From assembly GCA_030524525.1 (NCBI GenBank), contig JAUNGI010000002.1, positions 103,350-167,349 on the forward strand: a DNA stretch of 64,000 bases, read 5' to 3'. The notes under the pieces are model-generated. The model had not been told where the DNA came from, did not search any database, and saw only the letters and a program-made list of their open reading frames with translations. A program made the position numbers and the translations under genes. The stretch is from Lachnospiraceae bacterium (GTDB taxonomy: Bacteria; Bacillota; Clostridia; Lachnospirales; Lachnospiraceae). Of the stretch, positions 23,388 through 34,400 are shown piece by piece; the first letter of the stretch is position 1, and each line of letters opens with the position of its first letter.

Positions 23388-24731
23388 GTGGAGGATCTCT
23401 TGAAAGTTTGTTTGATTTCTCTGGGGTGCGACAAAAATCTGGTGGACAGCGAATATATGATGGGGCTTTTGCGGGACGCCGGGCATACGTTTACCGACGC
23501 CTTGGAGGAAGCGGAGGCGATTGTCGTCAATACCTGCTGCTTTATCGGCGACGCGAAGGAGGAGAGCATCCAAACGATCTTGGAGACGGCGCAGTACAAG
23601 ACGACCGGGGCGTTGCGGAAGCTTGTTGTGACCGGCTGTCTGGCGGAGCGCTATACGGAGGAAATCCGCAGCCAGCTTCCGGAGGTCGATGCGATCCTTG
23701 GCACCGCGTCCTATGAGGATTTGCCCGCGGCGCTTCAAAGCCCGTCGGGCTATGTGTCCAAGCGGGAGCTGTCGTATCTGCCGCTGCCGAAGACCGGCCG
23801 GGTTTCGTCGGCGGGAGCGTACGTCTCTTATCTGAAGATCGCCGAGGGCTGCAACAAGCGCTGTACCTACTGCGTGATCCCCGGCGTGCGCGGCGGATAT
23901 CGGTCGGTTCCGATGGAACGGCTGCTCGAAGAAGCGGAGACGCTGGCGAAGCAGGGAACGCGGGAGCTGATCCTCGTGGCGCAGGAGACGACGCTTTACG
24001 GACTCGATCTCTACGGAAGGAAAGCTCTGCCGGAGCTTCTGCGAAAGCTGTGCCGCATCGAAGAACTGTCGTGGGTCCGGCTGATGTACTGCTATCCCGA
24101 GGAGATCACCGACGAGCTGATCGAGGTTCTGCGGGAGGAACCGAAGCTGTGCAAATATTTGGATCTGCCGATCCAGCATGCCAGCGACACGATTCTTCGG
24201 GCGATGGGGAGAAAAACGACGCGGGCGGAGATCACGGCGCGCATTGCGCGGCTGCGGGAAGCGGTTCCCGGTATCGCCATCCGCACCTCGCTGATCGTCG
24301 GCTTTCCCGGAGAGACCGAGGAGGACGTGGAGACGCTGCTTGCATTTCTTGAGGAGCAGAGGCTGGAACGGGTCGGGGTCTTTCTGTACTCCAAGGAGGA
24401 AGGCACTCCGGCGGCAAAAATGAAGCCGCAGGTGCCCAAGCGGGTTAAGGAACAGCGCCGGCGCAGGGCGATGCTGCTGCAGCAGCGGATCAGCGCCGAA
24501 AAAGGGCGCGCGCTTGTCGGCGGCGTGGAGCAGGTGCTTGTGGAGGGCTATCTGCCGGACGAAGAGGTTTATATCGGACGTACCTACCGGGATGCGCCGG
24601 GCGTGGACGGAAACGTGTTTTTCCCGTCGGACGCCTCGTTTCTTTCGGGAGATATCGTGCCGGTTTATATTACAGAAGCAAAGGAATACGATTTGATAGG
24701 GGAGGTTGCTGCTCATGAATTTGCCGAATAA
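23388..24731 (+). CDS. rimO: Ribosomal protein S12 methylthiotransferase
   Basis: It has the N-terminal SLGCDKNLVDSE motif, the radical-SAM motif CNKRCTYCVIP and a C-terminal TRAM domain. The start is ambiguous (GVG-type GTG at 23388 or TTG at 23400). Confidence 0.9.
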   Translation: MEDLLKVCLISLGCDKNLVDSEYMMGLLRDAGHTFTDALEEAEAIVVNTCCFIGDAKEESIQTILETAQYKTTGALRKLVVTGCLAERYTEEIRSQLPEVDAILGTASYEDLPAALQSPSGYVSKRELSYLPLPKTGRVSSAGAYVSYLKIAEGCNKRCTYCVIPGVRGGYRSVPMERLLEEAETLAKQGTRELILVAQETTLYGLDLYGRKALPELLRKLCRIEELSWVRLMYCYPEEITDELIEVLREEPKLCKYLDLPIQHASDTILRAMGRKTTRAEITARIARLREAVPGIAIRTSLIVGFPGETEEDVETLLAFLEEQRLERVGVFLYSKEEGTPAAKMKPQVPKRVKEQRRRRAMLLQQRISAEKGRALVGGVEQVLVEGYLPDEEVYIGRTYRDAPGVDGNVFFPSDASFLSGDIVPVYITEAKEYDLIGEVAAHEFAE

Positions 24732-25278
24732 AATCACGATGTTTCGTGTCTTTCTGATCCCGGTATTCGTTGTATTGCTGATGCTGGAACAGATTCCGTA
24801 CTACAATTTCATTGCGCTGGGAGTATTTTCCGTGGCGTGCTTTTCCGATTTTCTGGACGGGTATCTTGCCAGAAAGTATCATCTGGTGACGACCTTCGGA
24901 AAATTTATGGACCCTTTGGCGGATAAGATCCTTGTTTGTACGGCAATGATTTTGCTGATCGAGCTGGATAAGATCCCGGCGGTCATCGTTGCCGTGATCA
25001 TGGCGCGCGAATTCATTATCAGCGGATTCCGACTGGTTGCTTCGGATAAGGGCGTTGTGATCGCCGCCGGGTACCTTGGAAAATTTAAGACCGTGGCGCA
25101 GATGTTCATGTGCATTTTCCTGCTGTTTACGGCGGACCCGTCCTATGATAAGTACCTGTTTTTCCGGATCATCGGTGTTGCCGGGGAGGTTTTCATGTGG
25201 CTGGCGCTGATCCTGACGGTCGTATCGCTTGTGGATTATATGTGGAAAAACCGCAGGGTCCTGAGCGACCAGAAGTAG
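24715..25278 (+). CDS. pgsA: CDP-diacylglycerol--glycerol-3-phosphate 3-phosphatidyltransferase
   Basis: The CDP-alcohol phosphatidyltransferase motif DFLDGYLARKYHLVTTFGKFMDPLADK is present. The ATG follows a GGGGAGG RBS and overlaps the rimO 3' end. Confidence 0.9.
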   Translation: MNLPNKITMFRVFLIPVFVVLLMLEQIPYYNFIALGVFSVACFSDFLDGYLARKYHLVTTFGKFMDPLADKILVCTAMILLIELDKIPAVIVAVIMAREFIISGFRLVASDKGVVIAAGYLGKFKTVAQMFMCIFLLFTADPSYDKYLFFRIIGVAGEVFMWLALILTVVSLVDYMWKNRRVLSDQK

Positions 25279-25282
25279 GCTT

Positions 25283-26611
25283 ATGGAAAATATTGTGGTG
25301 ATCGGCGGCGGCGCCGCCGGAATGATGACGGCGGCGACGGCGGCGGGAGCCGGGCGTCGGGTCTGTCTGCTGGAAAAAAACGAAAAGCTCGGGAAAAAGC
25401 TGTTTATTACCGGTAAGGGACGCTGCAATCTGACGAACGCCTGCGAGACGGAGGAGCTGCTTTCGCATGTGGTGACGAACCGGCGCTTTCTTTACAGCTC
25501 CTTTTACGGCTTCAGCAATTACGATACGATCGAATTTTTCGAGCGGCTCGGGATGAAAACGAAGATCGAACGCGGGAACCGTGTGTTTCCGGAATCCGAT
25601 CATGCGTACGACGTCATCGACGCGCTTAGCCGGGAGCTGCGCAGAAAAAACGTCTCGGTGCGTCTTCGGACGGAGGCGGCGGAGATCCTGACGGAGCCTT
25701 TGCCGGATGCTGCTGCGGACGATGCGTCGCCGGAGGGCGGAGGGCGCGGAAAAAAGAAGAGCGCAAAGACGCAGACAAGCCGGGCGGTGGGCGTGCGGCT
25801 GAAAAACGGCGGCGTGCTTTCGGCGGACGCGGTCGTTGTTGCCACCGGAGGGCTTTCCTATCCTTCCACCGGTTCGACCGGAGACGGGTACCGCTTTGCG
25901 GGAGAAACCGGACACGAGGTGACCGAATGCGTGCCTTCCCTCGTATCGCTGACCATGCGGGAGGCGTGGTGCGGCGAGCTCAGCGGGCTTTCGCTGAAAA
26001 ACGTCTCCGTTCGCTTTGAGGACGCGGGCGGGAAGCAGCTTTACGAGGGTTTCGGAGAGATGCTGTTCACCCACAGGGGCGTCAGCGGTCCCATCATTCT
26101 GACCGCCACGGCGGAATGCTCCGAGGCTCTGCGCGGAGCCGTGATGTATCTGGACTTAAAGCCGGCGCTTTCCGCGGAACAGCTCGAACAGCGGCTGCTT
26201 CGGGAGTGCGAGGCGGCGAAGGGAAAGCAGCTTCGCGGGCTCCTTGGGGCGCTTATGCCGGCTTCCCTTGCGGGCGTGCTTTGCCGACAGGCTCCGGCGG
26301 ACGCCGGGAAAGCCGTCTCTCAGCTTACAAGGGAGGAGCGCGCGGCGCTGGCGGCTTATCTCAAGCGCATTCCGCTGCACGTTGCGGGGCTCGGCGGCTT
26401 CTCGGAGGCGGTCGTTACCAAGGGAGGCGTTGCGGTCTCGCAGATTTCGCCCGCAACGATGGAATCCCGTCTGGTGAAGGGGCTTTATTTTGTGGGCGAG
26501 GTGCTGGATCTGGACGCTTTGACCGGCGGCTTTAATTTGCAGATTGCGTGGTCAACGGCGGTCGCCTGCGGACGGGATCTGCTAAAATCGAAAACAATGG
26601 AGGGTAAATAG
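25283..26611 (+). CDS. HI0933/BaiN-like FAD-dependent oxidoreductase (function unknown)
   Basis: It has the N-terminal Rossmann motif VIGGGAAGMMTA, a C-terminal GLYFVGEVLDLDALTGGFNLQIAWSTA, and a low-complexity insert (DAAADDASPEGGGRGKKKSAKTQ). Confidence 0.8.
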   Translation: MENIVVIGGGAAGMMTAATAAGAGRRVCLLEKNEKLGKKLFITGKGRCNLTNACETEELLSHVVTNRRFLYSSFYGFSNYDTIEFFERLGMKTKIERGNRVFPESDHAYDVIDALSRELRRKNVSVRLRTEAAEILTEPLPDAAADDASPEGGGRGKKKSAKTQTSRAVGVRLKNGGVLSADAVVVATGGLSYPSTGSTGDGYRFAGETGHEVTECVPSLVSLTMREAWCGELSGLSLKNVSVRFEDAGGKQLYEGFGEMLFTHRGVSGPIILTATAECSEALRGAVMYLDLKPALSAEQLEQRLLRECEAAKGKQLRGLLGALMPASLAGVLCRQAPADAGKAVSQLTREERAALAAYLKRIPLHVAGLGGFSEAVVTKGGVAVSQISPATMESRLVKGLYFVGEVLDLDALTGGFNLQIAWSTAVACGRDLLKSKTMEGK

Positions 26612-27283
26612 ATGCCAAAACAGATTGCGATCGACGGGCCTGCGGGCGCGGGAAAGAGTACCGTGGCGCGTGCGGTCGCGGAAAAGCTTGGGTTCATATA
26701 TGTGGATACCGGCGCGATGTACCGCGCGATGGCGCTGTTTCTTTCGCAGCAGGGCGTTGACCCGGAAGACCGGAAGGCGATCGAGGCGGTCTGCGACCGG
26801 GCGGAGATCACCATTTCCCATGTGGACGGCGAGCAGCAGGTCTTTTTGAACGGAGAGAACGTCAGCAAAAAAATCCGCACGGAGGAGATCAGCCGGCTTG
26901 CCGCCATCACCTCCGCCGTGCCCAAGGTGCGGCAGAAGATGCGGGCCTTGCAGCATCAGCTTGCGGAGCGGCAGGACGTGGTTATGGACGGAAGGGACAT
27001 CGGAACCTGCATTCTGCCGGAGGCGCCCTGTAAGATCTATCTGACCGCGGGGACGGCGGAGCGCGCAAGAAGACGGTGCGAGGAATATGCCGCAAAGGGG
27101 ATCCCGGCGGATTTTTCGGCGATTGAGCAGGAGATCATCGAACGGGACGAGCGGGACAAGAACCGTGAGATCTCGCCGCTTCGGCAGGCGGAGGACGCGG
27201 TGTATCTGGACACCTCGGATATGACGATCGAACAGGCGGTCGAAAGCGTGCTTGCGATCGCCGGGAGCTGCGCATGGAAGTAA
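26612..27283 (+). CDS. cmk: Cytidylate kinase
   Basis: It has the P-loop IAIDGPAGAGKSTVAR and the motif YVDTGAMYRA. Confidence 0.95.
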   Translation: MPKQIAIDGPAGAGKSTVARAVAEKLGFIYVDTGAMYRAMALFLSQQGVDPEDRKAIEAVCDRAEITISHVDGEQQVFLNGENVSKKIRTEEISRLAAITSAVPKVRQKMRALQHQLAERQDVVMDGRDIGTCILPEAPCKIYLTAGTAERARRRCEEYAAKGIPADFSAIEQEIIERDERDKNREISPLRQAEDAVYLDTSDMTIEQAVESVLAIAGSCAWK

Positions 27284-29229
27284 GAGTCGCGAAAACGGCG
27301 GGCTTCTGCTTTGGCGTGGAACGGGCGGTCGATACGGTAACGCGTCTTTCGGAGACGGCGGAAACGCCGGTCTATACCTACGGCCCGATCATTCACAACG
27401 AGGACGTGGTCCAAAAGCTGGAGCGGCAGGGCGTGCATGTTTTGCAGACGCTGGAGCAGGTGCTGGCGCTTTCGGAGGGAACCGTTGTGATCCGTTCCCA
27501 CGGCGTTGCCAAGGACGTTTACGACCGGATGCTTCGGCGGCAGCAGGAAACGGACGGAGCGGTTGCGATCGTGGATGCGACCTGTCCGTTCGTCAAAAAG
27601 ATCCACCGGATCGTCAGCAGGGAGAGCGCCGCGGGAAAGCGGATCGTGATCTGCGGCGATGCGGAGCATCCGGAGGTTCGGGGCATTGTCGGCTGGTGTC
27701 AAAACGGCGCGCAGGTCTTGGATTCCTGTAAAGAAGCGGAAAATTTTGCCTTGAATAACCGCGAACCGTTCTGTGTGGTGGCGCAAACGACATATAATTA
27801 CAAGAAATTCAACGATATGGTTGAAATCCTTTCGAATTTGAGTTATCATAGGGATGGTAGTGTGGTTAATACTATCTGCAATGCCACGGAGGAAAGACAG
27901 GCAGAGGCACAGGAGCTGGCCCGCAGTTGTGATGCAATGATTATCATTGGGGGGATAAACAGCTCGAACACTAGGAAGCTATTCGAACTGTCCAAACAGG
28001 TTTGCGAGAATACTTTCTATGTGCAGGCAGCGGATAATTTGGAGCTTGATGTTTTCCATTCTTTTCGTAGCGTAGGTATTACAGCAGGGGCTTCCACCCC
28101 AAGAAATATTATTGAGGAGGTTCATAAAAGCATGTCAGACATGAGTTTTGAACAATTATTGGAAGAGTCATTAAAAACAATACACAACGGAGAGGTCGTC
28201 AGCGGTACAGTTATTCGTGTCAAAGAAGATGAAATTGTATTGAACATTGGCTATAAAGCAGACGGTGTGATTACGCGCAGCGAATACACGAGCAAAAGCA
28301 ATGTTGACCTTCGCGAGTTGGTACAGGAAGGCAGCACCCTTGAGGCAAAGGTCATCAAGGTGAATGACGGAGAAGGACAGGTCCTTCTTAGCTGCAGAAA
28401 ATTGATGGGTGAGAGAGTCAGCCAGATGCTGACCGAGGCTTATGAGAACAAGACCGTTCTGAAGGGCACGGTTGCCAGCGTGGAGGCGCAGGGTCTGATC
28501 GTGGTTTTGGACGAGACCCGGATCTTTATTCCGGCGAGCATGGTATCCGATACCTACGAGAAGGATCTGAGCAAGTACAAGGATCAGGAGATCGAATTCC
28601 TTCTGGTCGAGTACGACGTAAAGTCGAGAAAGAAGAGGATCATCGGCGACCGCAAGCAGCTTCTGGTCGCTCAGAAGAAGGCAAAGATGGAGGAGCTTCT
28701 TTCCCGCGTGCAGATCGGCGACGTGATCGACGGTGTGGTAAAGAACGTGGCGGATTTCGGTGTGTTTGTCGATATCGGCGGCGTGGACGGTTTGCTTCAT
28801 ATTTCCGAGATGAGCTGGGGACGCATTGAAAACCCGAAGAAGCTTTTCAAGCCGGGCGATGCGGTCACCGTATTCATTAAGGACATCAAGGGCGAAAAGA
28901 TCGCTCTCAGCATGAAGTTTGCAGACCAGAATCCTTGGGCAAATGCGGAGGAACGCTATGCGATCGGAACCGTAGTGACCGGTACCGTTGCAAGAATGAC
29001 CAGCTTCGGCGCGTTCGTTGAGCTGGCTCCCGGCGTGGACGCTCTTCTGCATGTATCTCAGATCTCTCATAAGCGTGTGGAGAAGCCGTCGGATGCGCTG
29101 AGCATCGGTCAGGAGATCGAAGCCGTGATCGTTGACTTTAAGCCGGAGGATCGGAAGATCAGCCTGAGCATGAAGGCGCTTGAAAAAGCTCCCGCAAGAG
29201 AGGAATCGGCAGAGGACGAGGAAGCTTGA
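27274..29229 (+). CDS. ispH: Fusion of 4-hydroxy-3-methylbut-2-enyl diphosphate reductase (IspH) with four S1 RNA-binding domains
   Basis: The N-terminus AKTAGFCFGVERAV and the motif ITAGASTP mark IspH. Repeated S1 motifs (GxVxxVxxFGVFVDIGG, GTVARMTSFGAFVELAPG) follow. This fusion is common in Clostridia. Confidence 0.9.
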   Translation: MEVRVAKTAGFCFGVERAVDTVTRLSETAETPVYTYGPIIHNEDVVQKLERQGVHVLQTLEQVLALSEGTVVIRSHGVAKDVYDRMLRRQQETDGAVAIVDATCPFVKKIHRIVSRESAAGKRIVICGDAEHPEVRGIVGWCQNGAQVLDSCKEAENFALNNREPFCVVAQTTYNYKKFNDMVEILSNLSYHRDGSVVNTICNATEERQAEAQELARSCDAMIIIGGINSSNTRKLFELSKQVCENTFYVQAADNLELDVFHSFRSVGITAGASTPRNIIEEVHKSMSDMSFEQLLEESLKTIHNGEVVSGTVIRVKEDEIVLNIGYKADGVITRSEYTSKSNVDLRELVQEGSTLEAKVIKVNDGEGQVLLSCRKLMGERVSQMLTEAYENKTVLKGTVASVEAQGLIVVLDETRIFIPASMVSDTYEKDLSKYKDQEIEFLLVEYDVKSRKKRIIGDRKQLLVAQKKAKMEELLSRVQIGDVIDGVVKNVADFGVFVDIGGVDGLLHISEMSWGRIENPKKLFKPGDAVTVFIKDIKGEKIALSMKFADQNPWANAEERYAIGTVVTGTVARMTSFGAFVELAPGVDALLHVSQISHKRVEKPSDALSIGQEIEAVIVDFKPEDRKISLSMKALEKAPAREESAEDEEA

Positions 29230-29270
29230 AAGGTACCGGGAGAATTCCTTAGGAAGATCCTGTGAGAGGA

Positions 29271-29311
29271 AAAAAGCACAATGGGAACGTCAGAAGCCCA
29301 TTGTGCTTTTT
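29271..29311 (+). terminator. Rho-independent (bidirectional-type) terminator
   Basis: AAAAAGCACAATGGG-aacgtcagaag-CCCATTGTGCTTTTT forms a perfect stem flanked by A- and T-runs. Confidence 0.85.
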
Positions 29312-29343
29312 CCGTAAAGAAAAAACTGTTATGGAGGGGAAAG

Positions 29344-30372
29344 ATGGGAAGAACGATACGCGTGGCGGTTGACGCCATGGGAGGAGACAACGCGCCGTTT
29401 GAGATTGTAAAGGGCGCGGTGGAGGCGGTAAAGGAATCGCCTGAGATTCAGGTGCTTCTGGTCGGTAAGGAGGCGGTGATTCGGAAGGAGCTTGCCGCAT
29501 ATACTTATCCGAAGGAACAGATCTCCGTTGTAAACGCGACCGAGGAAATCAGCTGCGAGGAAGCGCCGGTCGTGGCGGTCAAGAAGAAGAAGGATTCTTC
29601 CATTGTGGTGGCGCTGAATCTCGTAAAGGAGAAAAAGGCGGACGCGTTCGTTTCGGCAGGCAGTACGGGCGCGGTGCTTGTGGGCGGTCTGACGATCGTC
29701 AAGCGGATCCGCGGCGTGGAGCGAACCCCGCTTGCTCCGCTGATCCCGACGGAGACCGGAGTTTCGCTTTTGATCGACTGCGGCGCGAACGTCGATGCAA
29801 AGCCTTCGCAGCTGGTGCAGTTTGCGAAGATGGGCTCGATCTATATGAAGCATGTCGTGGGCGTGGAGAATCCGCGCGTGGCGCTCGTCAACATCGGAAT
29901 GGAGGAGGAAAAGGGCAATTTGCTTGTAAAATCCACCTATCCGCTGTTAAAGGAGTGCAAGGACATCAATTTCACGGGCTTTATTGAGGCAAGAGAGATC
30001 CCCCACGGAGCGGCGGACGTGGTTGTCTGCGACGCCTTTGTCGGCAACGTCATTCTCAAGCTTTACGAGGGGCTTGCCGCTACGCTCGTCTCCAAAATTA
30101 AAGAGGGCTTGAAAAGCACGGCGATCAGCACGATCGGTGCGGCAATGGCAAAGCCCGCGCTGAAGAAAACGCTGAAATCCTTCGATACCGCGGAGTATGG
30201 CGGCGCGCCGATGCTTGGTCTCAACGGTCTTGTTGTGAAGACGCACGGAAGCGCAAAGAGCGTGGAGGTGAAAAATTCCATCAAGCAGTGCGTTACCTTC
30301 GTGGAGCAGGAGATCGAGACGAAGATCCGCGAAAATCTGACGACGGAAGAACCGGCGGAAACGGAACAATAA
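29344..30372 (+). CDS. plsX: Phosphate acyltransferase
   Basis: The ATG at 29344 follows a GGAGGGG RBS. The N-terminus is RVAVDAMGGDNAP. The upstream extension of the track ORF runs through the terminator. Confidence 0.92.
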   Translation: MGRTIRVAVDAMGGDNAPFEIVKGAVEAVKESPEIQVLLVGKEAVIRKELAAYTYPKEQISVVNATEEISCEEAPVVAVKKKKDSSIVVALNLVKEKKADAFVSAGSTGAVLVGGLTIVKRIRGVERTPLAPLIPTETGVSLLIDCGANVDAKPSQLVQFAKMGSIYMKHVVGVENPRVALVNIGMEEEKGNLLVKSTYPLLKECKDINFTGFIEAREIPHGAADVVVCDAFVGNVILKLYEGLAATLVSKIKEGLKSTAISTIGAAMAKPALKKTLKSFDTAEYGGAPMLGLNGLVVKTHGSAKSVEVKNSIKQCVTFVEQEIETKIRENLTTEEPAETEQ

Positions 30373-30391
30373 AAAGAGGCAGGTCAAAAGG

Positions 30392-30628
30392 ATGGTATTG
30401 GAACAGCTTCGGCGGCTGATCGGCGACGCCCTGCAGGTGGAGCCGGAGGACATTACCGCGGATACGGCGTTCCGCGACGATCTGGGAGCGGACTCTCTGG
30501 AGGTCTATCAGATCGTTATGGCGGCGGAACAGGAGTTTGATCTGGAACTGGAGCAGAGCATGGCGGACGCTCGGTTCCGAACGGTCGGAGAGCTGGCGGA
30601 AAGGATAACCGCCGCAATGAAAGCATGA
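30392..30628 (+). CDS. acpP: Acyl carrier protein
   Basis: 78 aa with the phosphopantetheine-attachment motif DLGADSLEVYQIVM. Confidence 0.9.
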   Translation: MVLEQLRRLIGDALQVEPEDITADTAFRDDLGADSLEVYQIVMAAEQEFDLELEQSMADARFRTVGELAERITAAMKA

Positions 30629-30644
30629 GCCAAGGGAAAACGGG

Positions 30645-30680
30645 GAAAGCAGGGCGGAGCTCCGTCTTGCTTTCTTTGTC
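30645..30680 (+). terminator. Hairpin and T-tract after acpP (partial terminator)
   Basis: GAAAGCAGGGCGGAG-CTCCGTCTTGCTTTC forms a stem with G.U pairs followed by TTTGTC. Confidence 0.45.
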
Positions 30681-30710
30681 TGCCCGGAGGCGCGGAAAAC
30701 GGAGGAAGAA

Positions 30711-31448
30711 ATGAGCGGCAGGGAAAGAGAAACGCGGGAGCTGCGGGACTTGGAGGAGAATATCGGCTATTCGTTTCGGGATCGTTCGCTTTTGCGGACG
30801 GCGGTCACGCACAGCTCCTATGCAAATGAACTTAGTCGTCACATAGGGGAGGCAAGGAATAACGAGCGTCTGGAATTTTTGGGCGACGCGGTGCTTGAAC
30901 TTGTGACGAGTGAGTTTATTTTTCATCATCATCAGGAAATGCCGGAGGGAAAATTGTCCAAGCTGCGCGCCAGCATCGTTTGCGAGCCTTCGCTGGCGAT
31001 CTGCGCACGCGATCTGTCGCTGGGGGATTTTCTGCTGCTGGGAAAGGGCGAGGACGTGACCGGCGGAAGGAACCGTGATTCCATTCTGTCCGACGCGTTC
31101 GAGGCGGTCATCGGAGCGATCTATCTGGACGGTGGGCTGGAGCCTGCGTCCGGCTTTATCCGACGCTGGGTGCTTCAAAATTTGGAGCAGACGCAGCTCT
31201 TTAAGGACAGCAAGACGGTTTTGCAGGAGCTTACGCAGAAGCTTTATCAGTGCGCCCCGGAATATGAGCTGATGGAGGAGCGCGGGCCTGCGCATCGGAA
31301 GGAATTTGTATTTCGGGTCAAGGTCGGAGAACGGAGTCTGGCCTCCGGAACGGGAGCTTCGAAGAAGGCTGCGGAGCAGGAGGCGGCGTTGAAAGCCATC
31401 CGCTTACTACAGGGAAAGGGGACGACGGATGTTTCTAAAGAGTATTGA
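30711..31448 (+). CDS. rnc: Ribonuclease III
   Basis: It has the signature NERLEFLGDAVLE and a C-terminal dsRBD (GASKKAAEQEAA). Confidence 0.95.
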   Translation: MSGRERETRELRDLEENIGYSFRDRSLLRTAVTHSSYANELSRHIGEARNNERLEFLGDAVLELVTSEFIFHHHQEMPEGKLSKLRASIVCEPSLAICARDLSLGDFLLLGKGEDVTGGRNRDSILSDAFEAVIGAIYLDGGLEPASGFIRRWVLQNLEQTQLFKDSKTVLQELTQKLYQCAPEYELMEERGPAHRKEFVFRVKVGERSLASGTGASKKAAEQEAALKAIRLLQGKGTTDVSKEY

Positions 31449-34400
31449 GGTACATGGATTCAAGGCGTTTGCCAACAAGATCCGCTTTGAATTTGATAAA
31501 GGAATTACCGGGATCGTCGGGCCGAACGGGAGCGGAAAGAGCAACGTGGCGGACGCGGTGCGCTGGGTCTTGGGCGAGCAGAGCCCAAAGCAGCTTCGGG
31601 GAAGCAGCATGCAGGACGTGATCTTTTCCGGAACCGAGACGAGAAAGCCGATGGGCTTCGCTTACGTTACGCTGACCTTGGACAACGCCGATCATTGGCT
31701 GCCCATTGAATATGAGGAGGTTACGGTCGGACGGCGGGTATATCGGTCGGGCGAAAGCGAATATCTGATCAACGGCGCGGTCTGCCGTCTGCGCGATATT
31801 CAGGAGCTGTTTTTCGATACCGGCGTGGGCAAGGAAGGCTACTCGATCATCGGACAGGGACAGATCGACAAGATCCTGAGCGGCAAGCCCGAGGAACGCC
31901 GTGAAATTTTTGACGAGGCGGCAGGGATTACAAAATATAAAAAGCGGAAGTCGATGGCGGAGCGCGATCTGGAGGCGGAGCGAAGCAATCTGGCGCGGGT
32001 GACCGATATCGTGGCGGAGATCGAGCATCAGCTTGGGCCGCTGGAAAAACAGGACGAAAAGGCACGCATCTACCTCAAGTACAAGGAAGAGCTGAAGCAT
32101 CTGGAGGTCAATCAGTTCCTGCTCGAATATGAGCGGAGCGCGTCGCTCAAGGAGGAACTGGAGAGCAAATACAAGATCGCCGCAGACGATTTGGCGGAGA
32201 CCCGTCAGGCGTACGAAAAGGCGAAGGAAGAATACGACCGGCTGCTTGATCAGCTGGAAACGCATCAGGGCGAGCTTCAGGAGGCAAGGGAGCGGCGCGC
32301 CGAGACGATGCTGGCGCTGGAAAAGGCGACCGGCGAGATCAACGTCATCAAGGAGCAGATCAGTGCCATCGAGGAGCGCAGTCATGCCAATGCGTCGCGG
32401 CTTTCGGCGCTTTCCGAGACGCTTTCCGAGCGGCAGGCTTCTCTGGCGGAGTCGGAGAAGCAGCGGGAGGACTACGAACGGCAGATGAGCGCGCTTTCCG
32501 AGGCGCAGAACGAGGCGGAAAACGCCCTCGGCGAGATGAAGGCGGGAATCAACGAGCTGCTGCGGCAGGAGAAGGAATGCAGCGAGCTGCGCATCCGATG
32601 CCTGAACGACAATACGGAGCTTCGAACCGAGCTGGAGCGCTATAATACGCTGCTGGAGCAGCAGAGCATTACCCGCGCGGAGCTGAACGCCCGGCTGCTT
32701 CGCTGCAAGACCGAAGCCGATCAGGCGGACGTTGCGGTGAAGAATGCGGAGGATGCGCTCAAAAAAGCGGCGGACGAGGTGCTGGCGGCGGCGGACGCCT
32801 CGCAGGCGACGGAGGGGCGCGTGCAAAAGCTCTCCGAGCAGATCAAAGCGGAGGAAGCAAAGAAATCGGCGCTGCAGGAGGAGATTATCCGGGACGCTTC
32901 CCGCTTGGAGGCGCTGCAAAACCTTTCGGAACGGTACGACGGCTACGGCGGCGCGGTGCGCAAGTGCATGGAGCAGAAGCGGCGCTTTCCGGGCATTCAC
33001 GGAGTCGTGGCGGAGCTGATCGAGGTGGAGCCTGCCTATGAAACGGCGATCGAAACGGCGCTGGGAGGAAATATACAGAATATCATTACCGACACCACGG
33101 AGACTGCCAAGGGGCTGATCGGTTTTTTGAAGGAAAACCATCTGGGGCGGGCGACGTTTCTGCCGCTTTCGGGCATCCGCGCCAAAAAGGACGACTTTTC
33201 CCCGGCGCTGTTTTCCAAGCCCGGCGTGATCGGCGTGGCAAGTAGTCTTGTTCACGGCGAAGCGATTTACGGGGAGGCCTTCCGCTATCTGCTGGGACGG
33301 TTCCTCGTTGTGGACACCATCGACCATGCCATTGCGTTGGAGAAACAGAATCAGTATTCGCTGCGGATCGTAACGCTCGACGGCGAGCTTTTTCAGCCGG
33401 GCGGCTCGATCTCCGGCGGCGCATATAAAAACAACAGCAACCTGCTTGGGCGCAGACGGGAGCTGGAGCAGCTTCAGGACGCACTTGCGGAGAAGCGCGG
33501 GCGTCTTGCGCCTCTTACGGAGCGGATCGTCGGACTGCGTTCGGAGCGCGAGCGCCTGCGGGCGGAACGCGAGGAACAGAAGACCGCCCTGCAGGAGCTT
33601 TATGTTCGGCAGAATACGGCAAAGCTGCAGCTGAATCATGTGCAGCAGGAGACGCGGGAGCTGCTCGGCAGCCGCGACGACATCCGGGAGGAACTGCGCC
33701 GGATCGAGGCGCAGCTTGCCGAAGGCAGGGAGAGCGCCGCTTCGGTTCGGAACCGGATCGAGGAAAACGAACGGCTCGGCTCGGAGCAGGAGCAACGGAT
33801 CGCCGAGGTACAGCGGGAGCTAGCGAGCGCCAGAGAGGAAGAGGATCGGACAAGCGCGGAAGCGGTTCGCGTGCTGACCGAATATTCCGGATTGCAGCAG
33901 AATCTTCAATACCGGAAGGAAAACAGCAGTCGTCTGACGCTGGAAATCCACGAGCTGCAAAGGGAATTTGATTCGCTGACGGCGGCGGGGCAAAAAAACG
34001 ACGAGGAGGTTTCCGAACGATACGAGCAGATCGACCGCTTGGAGGAGGACAAAAAGCGGCTGACGAAAGCGCTCTCGGAGCTGGACGAGCGCATTGAGGC
34101 GACCGGGCAGCTGGCGGAGGAGATCACGCGGCAGAACAAGGGCTTTTTTGAGACGCGCGAGCATCTTTCCAACCGCATTTCCCAGCTGGACAAGGAGGTC
34201 TATCGTTTGCAGAGCCAGCAGGAGAAGCTTGTCGAGCAGTTGGAAAGCCAGACCCATTATATGTGGGAGGAATACGAGATCACGTATGCGGTCGCCAAGG
34301 AGGATCGGGACGAGAACATCACGAATCCGGCGCTTACCCGAAAAGAGATCTACGAAATGAAGGGCAAGATCCGGGCGCTCGGCGACGTCAACGTCAACGC

